A stretch of DNA of 64,000 nt from positions 17,314 through 81,313 of IMG/VR virus record IMGVR_UViG_3300020048_000088; one strand, written 5' to 3'. Below are positions 7,330 to 14,354 of the stretch, piece after piece. The notes beneath the pieces are model-generated. The model did not search any database and was not told the DNA's origin. It saw nothing but the letters and a program-made list of their open reading frames with translations. The translations under genes and the position numbers were made by a program. Each line of letters begins with the position of its first letter. Position 1 is the first letter of the stretch. This stretch comes from a virus. Taxonomy: Duplodnaviria; Caudoviricetes.

Positions 7330-10300
7330 CTAATTGCCGAAGATTTCTTGAAGGGCCTCCTTGATCTTTGTTTCGTCGAACTTCTCGCCAATCTCAATCA
7401 GGTCACCGAAGTTTTTTCCGATGTCGATGGATGACACGATTGGAATCTTCACCCCGGCAAACGGCTGTGTCATGCAGGCGTGAAACTCACGGGTGAACTC
7501 CAGAGCGTGGTCTTTGTGCACCGAAGCTACACACTCGTCGTGGACAGGGAATAGGAACCTCGCGTCGTACTTGCCACCCGCGAACAGACCCTTGCGCCAC
7601 ATCGACGACATGGCCAGCAGCGACTGGCAGGCTGCCGACCCCTGGATGGCGTAGTTGGAAGCCTGCCGCGCGGCCTTGGCCGCTTCCCACTTGTTTTCTG
7701 ACATCATCGCCTGGGCAAGGTGCCGGCGCATGCCCGTCAGGTCCAGGGCGTAGCCTTGCTTCGCTGCAAGTTCTTCGAACTCTGCCTTCCACGCCTCGAT
7801 CCGAGGGAACGCCTTGTCCTTGGCGTCCAGGAACTGCTGGGCTGTCGCATCATCAACGAAAAGCTGCTGGGCGATCTTGGGGGCCTGGGCGCCGAACTGG
7901 CTGGCGAACACCACTGTCTTGGCCTGCCCTCGCAGCGCCTTGGCACGCTTCTTGACCTCAGGGTCTGGTGAGTTCATCATCTCCATGAACTGCTCGTAGG
8001 TTACTGTCTCGCCCCACAGGTAGATTGCCGCCTGCACGGCGGTCAGGCTGTGCACATCCAGAAGCCTGTCCCCCACGTAGCAGGCTGTCAGCGCCTCGTC
8101 TCCACACTGCTCGGCCATCCCGCGCAGTTCCTGCCCGCTGAAGTCACAGGACACGATGACAGCGTCTTTGTGGTGCGGGCGGATGATCGTGCGAAACTTG
8201 GCGCCGTCGCCCTTCGAGGGGAGCTGCTGGACGTTGGGGTTAGAGGACGAGTAGCGACGGGTCGCCGCTTCCGCCTGATTCAGAGAGCTGTGGACCCTGC
8301 CATCCCGCCAGTGCGGCACAGCCTTCCAGGTCTTGTAGAACAGGTTGCGTCGCGTGGTCACTTCCTTGATGGAGGTGTAAGCCTCCAGCACCTGCCGCTG
8401 CTTGCCGGTGGGGTTGTCGAAGTGCAGCGAGGTCTCCACCGCGCTGTCGTCTGTGGACGCCTTGGAGATGAGCGCCTCGCGCTCCTCCCCTGTGTACTCG
8501 ACTTCCTTTCCGTCCTTGGCTTGGCGCATCTTCTTGAAGGCAGACTTGAACACCGCAAGCTCGCGCTGCTTCTCGGTCAGCGGGTTGAAGATGCGCGGGG
8601 TCATGCCCATCACGTTGTAGAACAGGTGTTGCAGCTGCTTGGGCGAACCGAAATTGAGCTTGGGTTCTCCGGTGAAGCTCTGCTTGAGAAGCCCGTTGAG
8701 CGCCTCCACATCGTTGCGTTCCACGATGGTGGCCAGCAGGTCGGCGCGCTCATTGTCGGGGAACTGCTCACGGATGTCGAAAGCGATCCCGATCAGCTTG
8801 CGCTTCTTGGTGCTGAAATCACCATCCAGCAGCAGGGGCAGGGCCAGCTTCACGTCGCTGGGCTCGATGTCGCCCTCGAACTCGGGGCAGGCTGTGCCCT
8901 CCCAACCCTTCTCCATCAGGAACTCTCTGAGCACCCGCCACGCGCTGTCGTACCGGGCGTCGTCCTCGCGCTCCATCTCGGCAAGCTCGGGCAGACCTAC
9001 CTCGCAGCCTTGCACAAAGGCCAACGACGTCAGGTACTCCGGCAGCTGGTGGACTTCAAGGTATGCGTCCCAGGTGTGTTCGAGCTCCATCACGAACTGG
9101 TAGTGGGAGTGCAGGGCGGCGGTGCAGATGGTGTCGTCTGCGCCGTAGCTCAGAACCTCTTTACCTGTCAGCTCGCGCATCTTGTACTGGCGGGTTTCCC
9201 ACATCTCGATCGTTGGTGGGGTCACCAGCTCCTGCGTGATCTGCTCGGACTTGCTTTGGTGAATCTCGCCGTTGTCGTCGACCCACTCGTCATCGATCTC
9301 GATGATGACTTCTTTGTAGACTGCGGGCACGACTTCCTTCTTGAACTCCTTGAGCTTCTGACCGCCGGCGAGGGTGCCCAGAGGGCCCGACCTGCAGGTT
9401 GTCTGCTCATAGGTTTCCTGGGTGTAGCCAAGGTGGTGCAGGCTGCGCGCCTTCAGGCCCTTGGGCAGGTTCTCGTCCACCACCGAGGCACCAACCTTGG
9501 TGTCAAGGGCGTTGGGGACCATGCCGTGCCAGCCGTTGTCCAGCCACTTGTCGCCCCAGGTGCGGTACAGCACCGAGAATTCAAACTGGCGGTTCTGGAT
9601 GATGGTGTGCAGGCTCTGAGGGATCAGCTCCACCATCGCACGGCACTGGTCGACCGTGATGTTGTCGGTGTCCTTGTGGTCCACCGACATGTAGAACGTG
9701 TGCTGGGTGTTGGCGCCGAAGGTGAGCGACATGCCTGTCAGCTCGTGACCCAGCACGTCGATCTTGTTGCCCTTCGTCTTTTCGGAAATGGCGTTGACCC
9801 GCTCGATCCACTCGTCGGAGTCTTCCGAGGATGAGGTCTCAATGTCCAGCGCCACGAAGGGTGACTCAATGACCCGTTGCTGGAACGCGTTGAATACGCG
9901 CTCGTAGTTGGCGGCCGTCACCAGCGTCTTGGTGCCGTAAGAGCTGCGCAGGTCGTGCACCCGCATCTCGTCAGGCAGTTCGTCCCACTGCGCCACCATG
10001 CCGGCACGCAGGTCCCAGGGTTTGCGCATGGTGTTGACCTGGTCGACCATCAACCCGGCCACACGCCAACTGGTGGCGACCATGTCCTTGGCGTCGATGA
10101 TCTTCTGGAGGGGTTTGAAGTCGGCGACGTCCTCGGCAAGTCTCGCGATCTGGCTGTTCTCGATCAGCTCCATCATCATGTCCAGCCCGTCAAGTCCGAA
10201 GGTGCGAACCAGGTCGACCCAGGCGGCGTCACCGAAGCCCTTGGCGCCGGGAATCTTGTCGCTGGTATCACCCACCAGAGACTTGTACAGCCTGATGTAC

Positions 10301-10830
10301 TTGTGGGGGAAGGGGCCGCAGGGGTTCTTGTCAAGCTCCCCAAGTCTCCAGACCGACGTGTTGTCGTCCACCAGCACGCTCAAGTCCCCGTCCGATGTGC
10401 AAATGACATTGCGCTCGTGGCGCAGGTGCTTGACGAGGTAGGCCAGCACGTCGTCCGCCTCGTAAGATGCTTGCTGGATCACCCGCATGCCGAGGTGCAG
10501 CGCCATCTGGGTGACGCGGTCACGCGCAATGTTGAGCTGGTCGCTGACCTCCTGCGCCTTGTCCCGGCCCTCTTTGTACTGGGGCAGGAACGTGCGCCGG
10601 GTCTGCTTCGAATTTGCTCCGTCCCACACCAGGCTGACCTGGCGGGGCGCCACGGCGAACGTGTCGAGGTCCTTGGCAACCTTCTCCCAGAAGCCCTCGA
10701 CACCGTAGTCGGCGGAGTTGACTTGGGTCTGCTTGCCGTCTTCACCGGTGATCACCCGGCCACCGTCGTGATCGACGCCCCTGAGGAGCGCCATGTTGAG
10801 GTACGAGTTTCCGTCTATGAGCAGTTTCAT
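7330..10830 (-). CDS. polA: Family A DNA polymerase with fused 5'-3' exonuclease and 3'-5' exonuclease (Pol I architecture)
   Basis: LLIDGN..EADD..SDGD..GDTSDKIPG (5' nuclease); ALDIETS (Exo I); CDFSGQELR (motif A); RGQAKTVVFASQFG (B); VHDE (C). Confidence 0.95.
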   Translation of the reverse strand: MKLLIDGNSYLNMALLRGVDHDGGRVITGEDGKQTQVNSADYGVEGFWEKVAKDLDTFAVAPRQVSLVWDGANSKQTRRTFLPQYKEGRDKAQEVSDQLNIARDRVTQMALHLGMRVIQQASYEADDVLAYLVKHLRHERNVICTSDGDLSVLVDDNTSVWRLGELDKNPCGPFPHKYIRLYKSLVGDTSDKIPGAKGFGDAAWVDLVRTFGLDGLDMMMELIENSQIARLAEDVADFKPLQKIIDAKDMVATSWRVAGLMVDQVNTMRKPWDLRAGMVAQWDELPDEMRVHDLRSSYGTKTLVTAANYERVFNAFQQRVIESPFVALDIETSSSEDSDEWIERVNAISEKTKGNKIDVLGHELTGMSLTFGANTQHTFYMSVDHKDTDNITVDQCRAMVELIPQSLHTIIQNRQFEFSVLYRTWGDKWLDNGWHGMVPNALDTKVGASVVDENLPKGLKARSLHHLGYTQETYEQTTCRSGPLGTLAGGQKLKEFKKEVVPAVYKEVIIEIDDEWVDDNGEIHQSKSEQITQELVTPPTIEMWETRQYKMRELTGKEVLSYGADDTICTAALHSHYQFVMELEHTWDAYLEVHQLPEYLTSLAFVQGCEVGLPELAEMEREDDARYDSAWRVLREFLMEKGWEGTACPEFEGDIEPSDVKLALPLLLDGDFSTKKRKLIGIAFDIREQFPDNERADLLATIVERNDVEALNGLLKQSFTGEPKLNFGSPKQLQHLFYNVMGMTPRIFNPLTEKQRELAVFKSAFKKMRQAKDGKEVEYTGEEREALISKASTDDSAVETSLHFDNPTGKQRQVLEAYTSIKEVTTRRNLFYKTWKAVPHWRDGRVHSSLNQAEAATRRYSSSNPNVQQLPSKGDGAKFRTIIRPHHKDAVIVSCDFSGQELRGMAEQCGDEALTACYVGDRLLDVHSLTAVQAAIYLWGETVTYEQFMEMMNSPDPEVKKRAKALRGQAKTVVFASQFGAQAPKIAQQLFVDDATAQQFLDAKDKAFPRIEAWKAEFEELAAKQGYALDLTGMRRHLAQAMMSENKWEAAKAARQASNYAIQGSAACQSLLAMSSMWRKGLFAGGKYDARFLFPVHDECVASVHKDHALEFTREFHACMTQPFAGVKIPIVSSIDIGKNFGDLIEIGEKFDETKIKEALQEIFGN

Positions 10831-11198
10831 TTACTGCCTTTCTTCTTTGAGGTTCTGGGCTCCGGGATTTGGAGCCCGTCAATAAACACCTTGCGCTCAC
10901 TGACGTGAGGCAGGGCGCGAGGGTCCAGCCACGAGGGAAACCCGCTCAAGGCGGGGTTCTCCAGGATGGCGTGACCCTTGATTTGGTAGGTGACGACGTT
11001 GCTGCTCTTGAGCTTGACGACGCCTCCTGACACCACCTGATTGGTAAGCCATCCAAAGACAAACCTCTTCGATATGTCCCTGGAGGTCACAGCCGCTACG
11101 AGCCCGTTGCGGGTCTTGGGTGACCGCAGCAGTCGGGTCAGCACAAGCTCCGCTCTGCGTACCTGCGACGCCCTGGAGTTTGGGTCTATCTGCGCCAT
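10827..11198 (-). CDS. Hypothetical protein, possibly winged-helix DNA binding
   Basis: 123 aa, basic; ATGA overlap with polA start. Confidence 0.55.
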   Translation of the reverse strand: MAQIDPNSRASQVRRAELVLTRLLRSPKTRNGLVAAVTSRDISKRFVFGWLTNQVVSGGVVKLKSSNVVTYQIKGHAILENPALSGFPSWLDPRALPHVSERKVFIDGLQIPEPRTSKKKGSK

Positions 11199-11428
11199 TT
11201 GGCAGTCCTCTCGAGCATGTTCTGGCAATCAAAGCAGCGGATGCGCCCCAGCCTGAGGCGGGCCTCGGGGATAAGCTCCCCACACTCGCACTCGGGGTTG
11301 GGCCAGCTTCCGTCAGGGCTTTGAACCTGCTGTGGGGCAGCCGCGCGCTGCGCCTCCTCCACAGCTGCATCAGCGAGTTGCTGGGTCAGCGTGGCCGCGC
11401 GGTCGAGATCGTCTGCCTCATGCGTCAT
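11186..11428 (-). CDS. traR: TraR/DksA-family C4 zinc-finger protein
   Basis: N-terminal ADDLDRA acidic tip; ECECGELIPEARL..RCFDCQ zinc finger. Confidence 0.85.
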   Translation of the reverse strand: MTHEADDLDRAATLTQQLADAAVEEAQRAAAPQQVQSPDGSWPNPECECGELIPEARLRLGRIRCFDCQNMLERTAKWRR

Positions 11429-11430
11429 GG

Positions 11431-11874
11431 TTACACCCCGGCTTTCGCTCGTTCGCGCAACTCGATGATGGCGATCAGATTCCAAGCCATGTGGTCAAGG
11501 TGTGGCAGCAGGCTGTCGGGGTCAAGCTCCTCGTGCCGAGCCTTGAGCAGGTGACGCCACATCGCGTCGAAGTACCGGGTCTCGCCGTCAGGCACTGTCT
11601 GCCAGCCCCCTCGGGTGTACTTTTTGGCGCCCATGTCCCCCACGTTGGCCACAGCCTGCAGGGCGAGGGCGAAGTCATGAAGCACTCCTGCCACACACTT
11701 GCCTGCATCCGCCTTGGCGCCCGGAGTGTTGAGTGGAACGCCGTTGGGGTCAGACTCGACCTTTGCGCAGACCGTCACTGACGGCGGCCCGCCGTACGGC
11801 TTTATCTCCTGGCCCTCAGGCCTTGGGCCTACTGCCGTCCCCTTGATTACAGGGTACCCATTCATTGTTTCCAT
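11431..11874 (-). CDS. dATP/dGTP diphosphohydrolase-domain protein (DUF5664-like)
   Basis: KADAGK..GAKKY..W..RYFDAMWRHL..DPDSLLPHLDHMAWN pattern. Confidence 0.8.
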   Translation of the reverse strand: METMNGYPVIKGTAVGPRPEGQEIKPYGGPPSVTVCAKVESDPNGVPLNTPGAKADAGKCVAGVLHDFALALQAVANVGDMGAKKYTRGGWQTVPDGETRYFDAMWRHLLKARHEELDPDSLLPHLDHMAWNLIAIIELRERAKAGV

Positions 11875-12106
11875 AACTTTTCTTCTTGTTGTTTTTGTGT
11901 GAAAAGTGATTGAAGGCCCGGCGCCACGCGTAAGAGCGTGCCAGGCTTACGGCGGTGAATAACACCGTTATTTGCAGGTTCTCTGCAAAATTCGTTTCTA
12001 TTTTCCAGATGGGCTTCACAATAAACTCCCAGACACAGAGCGAGATCAGGAATCCTGACCCGATGTTCAGGAGCTGCTCGATCAGCGATTGGGTCTTAGA
12101 CTGCAT
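11816..12106 (-). CDS. Small two-TM membrane protein of a conserved phage family (DUF7220-like)
   Basis: MQSKTQSLIEQLLNIGSGF...TVLFTAVSLARSYAWRRAFN pattern; two hydrophobic segments. Confidence 0.65.
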   Translation of the reverse strand: MQSKTQSLIEQLLNIGSGFLISLCVWEFIVKPIWKIETNFAENLQITVLFTAVSLARSYAWRRAFNHFSHKNNKKKSYGNNEWVPCNQGDGSRPKA

Positions 12107-12683
12107 GGGCCTCAAGCACCGCACGCTCTGCGGGTAGGTCGCGGTTCACTGCACGCTCTGCGTTGAACGCCATGCCGTTGTAGCGCTTGAGCAGCTTATC
12201 GACGTTGGCCACCATGACGACCTCCATTTCGACGTCAGCTGCGGCACCCCGGTCAATGACAAGGCTCACCAGCGCGGCGGCCTCTGCCATGAGCTGGGTC
12301 GGCGACATGGTCGGAGCCTTGCCGTAACCGATCCAACGCTTGGCCAGGTCAAGCCACTCGACGAATTCGCCCATGATCTGGAAGTCTTCGGCGCCCATGC
12401 GCTCACACGCCTCGTCAGTCAGCTTGTCGAATGCGACTTCGTCGTAAGGGCCCACGTCGTCCAGCACTTGCTTGAGCGCTGCCAGGTAGAAGCACAGGTC
12501 GCCGGCTTCTTCGATGGCGTTGATGGGGTCGGTCGCCGTCAGGTATTCGTGGCACTCGGTGACGAGGCCAAGGACTGCGTGGCTGAAGTCCTTGGACAGG
12601 TCCCCGGTGCGGTTGTACAGGGCTTTCACGAAGCCTTCGTAGCCGACCGTGGTCAGCACTTCAATTGCGGTTTTGGGTGTCAT
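12096..12683 (-). CDS. mazG: MazG-like nucleotide pyrophosphohydrolase
   Basis: HAVLGLVTE..IEEAGDLCFYL and C-terminal ANVDKLLKRY. Confidence 0.8.
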   Translation of the reverse strand: MTPKTAIEVLTTVGYEGFVKALYNRTGDLSKDFSHAVLGLVTECHEYLTATDPINAIEEAGDLCFYLAALKQVLDDVGPYDEVAFDKLTDEACERMGAEDFQIMGEFVEWLDLAKRWIGYGKAPTMSPTQLMAEAAALVSLVIDRGAAADVEMEVVMVANVDKLLKRYNGMAFNAERAVNRDLPAERAVLEAHAV

Positions 12684-13396
12684 TTTTGTTTCCTTGGGTT
12701 GAGTTGCTGTTCTACGGTGAACTTCAGGTCGATGTCGAGTGCCAGGTTCTCCACCATCCAGCGCAGGTAAGGTGCGGGAATTTCGTCAAAGCGCTTGCCT
12801 TTGTGCTTGCCAAAGCTCATGGTCTTCATCAGCATGGGCTCAAACGAAGCCTCGGCGAGTTGGCGCAGGGTCAGCCCGGTGCGCTCACAGATGTGCTTGG
12901 CAAGGTGCAGGCTGGTCACCACGTCACTGAGCACCCGGTGTGCGTCGGTGGCGCGCGGCAGGCCCAGCTCGAACACCAGCGTCTGGAGCTGGTGGTTATC
13001 GGCCTCCGGGTACAGGCGCCGCGCCCAGCGCAACGAACAAACTTCCTGCACCACGTTGGTGATGTAGGGCTTGACAAAACGGTGGTCGAACGCGATGTTG
13101 TGCCCGCACAGGACGACTGGATCGTCGATGACCCGGCCGTAGCAGGATTCGTCGTCAACGCTGAAGAACTCCTGGATGGTGGGCGAGTCCTGCAGGTCTG
13201 CCAGGACAAGGCCGTGCACCGCGCTGGCGGCCGATGCGATGCTGCGCTGAGGGTCGATCAGGGACTCGACTTCAGCGATGAAGTTGAAGTCTTCGTCCAC
13301 CTCCAGCCACCCGAGCTCGACCACTGCGTCGTCGTGATTTACACCGGTGGTCTCGGTGTCGAGAAACAGGTATCTGACTTTTTCTGGTAAGGGCAT
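12680..13396 (-). CDS. DEDDh 3'-5' exonuclease (DnaQ/ExoX-like) with C-terminal FGKHKG domain
   Basis: LDTETTG, GHNIAFD, HRVLSD; C-terminal MSFGKHKGKRFDEIPAPYLRWM. Confidence 0.9.
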   Translation of the reverse strand: MPLPEKVRYLFLDTETTGVNHDDAVVELGWLEVDEDFNFIAEVESLIDPQRSIASAASAVHGLVLADLQDSPTIQEFFSVDDESCYGRVIDDPVVLCGHNIAFDHRFVKPYITNVVQEVCSLRWARRLYPEADNHQLQTLVFELGLPRATDAHRVLSDVVTSLHLAKHICERTGLTLRQLAEASFEPMLMKTMSFGKHKGKRFDEIPAPYLRWMVENLALDIDLKFTVEQQLNPRKQK

Positions 13397-13412
13397 GAAT
13401 GCTCCTGTAAGT

Positions 13413-13432
13413 GGGAGCCCCGAAGGGCTCCC
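13413..13432 (-). terminator. GC-rich stem-loop with UUCG tetraloop (terminator or mRNA-stabilising hairpin)
   Basis: Minus strand GGGAGCCC-TTCG-GGGCTCCC in the intergenic gap; no clear U-tract. Confidence 0.5.
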
Positions 13433-13438
13433 GTTACA

Positions 13439-14287
13439 TCAGATTTTCGCGGGCAGAGTCGCCACGATCTTGCCCTTGGTCCAAGTGTTGGTGCCCTTGG
13501 ACGCTGCCTCTCGCAGGAAGTAGAACTCAAACGGGTCCGCTGGGAGTGCGTACCCTTTGAGGCCCATCGCCACGCACTTGGCAGTCGCCTCGAGGTCCGA
13601 CTGGTACTTGCGGAATGCGGGGATCGACGACGAACTCAGGGTGATCTGCACCACCTCGCGGAAGTCAGGCTCGTCCTCACTGCCCATCACGGCGACTTCA
13701 CAGTCGATGAAGTCGCGCTTGCCGGCCTTATCGAACTCCTCCTCCGTGCGGAGGTACTCGACGTACTCATCCACAGGCTTGCCGATCCAGGACTTGAGCT
13801 CCTCCCCGATGATCGAGTCAATGACCTTGCCGTCATTGCTGTAGGCGACGAACTGACCACTGTCCTTACCCTGCTCGCCGGGGGAGACTTGGTAGCTCGT
13901 GTCCCACGCCAGCAGGCGAACCTTCGCCCAGCGGCCCAGCACAAGCTTGTCGCCCGACATTTCCTTGATCACACCGTTATCGAACTTGAACACGCGGTGA
14001 GAGCCGTAGCCGAAGTCCGCTGCACCCTTCATCTCGGCCACCTCGGCCTTGAATCGCTTTGCTGCATTGGCAGCGTCGTTGGTGGTCAGGCTTGAGCCAG
14101 CCGCCTTGGCCAGGGCCACTGTGGATTCAACCTTGGCCGCAGCCATGGGCTCGGGTGCAGGGCTCTGCGCAGGCGTCGCCGGGGCGGTTGCTTCCTTCTG
14201 GGGAGTTTCCCGCTCGGCGACGGCTGTGTCAGCAACGCCGGTGGGTTCTTGTTCAAAAGCTGCTTGGTTGGTCTTTTTAAGTGCCAT
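13439..14287 (-). CDS. Hypothetical replication protein, candidate ssDNA-binding protein
   Basis: 282 aa with Ala/Pro-rich N-terminus; next to primase-helicase. SSB call is positional only. Confidence 0.45.
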   Translation of the reverse strand: MALKKTNQAAFEQEPTGVADTAVAERETPQKEATAPATPAQSPAPEPMAAAKVESTVALAKAAGSSLTTNDAANAAKRFKAEVAEMKGAADFGYGSHRVFKFDNGVIKEMSGDKLVLGRWAKVRLLAWDTSYQVSPGEQGKDSGQFVAYSNDGKVIDSIIGEELKSWIGKPVDEYVEYLRTEEEFDKAGKRDFIDCEVAVMGSEDEPDFREVVQITLSSSSIPAFRKYQSDLEATAKCVAMGLKGYALPADPFEFYFLREAASKGTNTWTKGKIVATLPAKI

Positions 14288-14354
14288 GATTTTCTTTCAG
14301 TTACAGTTAACAAACGCCGTGACTACTTAGGTTTCGTCACAACGGCTCCCACAC

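Noticed and set aside
9180-9400. Intein in the polymerase insertion
   Set aside because: Too short, with no N-terminal Cys/Ser block, HN-C/S/T junction or LAGLIDADG motifs.
8050-9834. 594-aa plus-strand ORF, and similar long antisense ORFs (4059-5090, 9877-10908, 18551-19399, 50326-51240, 51720-53468, 61179-62216)
   Set aside because: Shadows of high-GC3 genes on the opposite strand; no motifs, SDs or operon context.
11431-12683. Complete dZ (2-aminoadenine) genome pathway
   Set aside because: No PurZ or DatZ-like gene visible in this window; diphosphohydrolase domains alone are not diagnostic.
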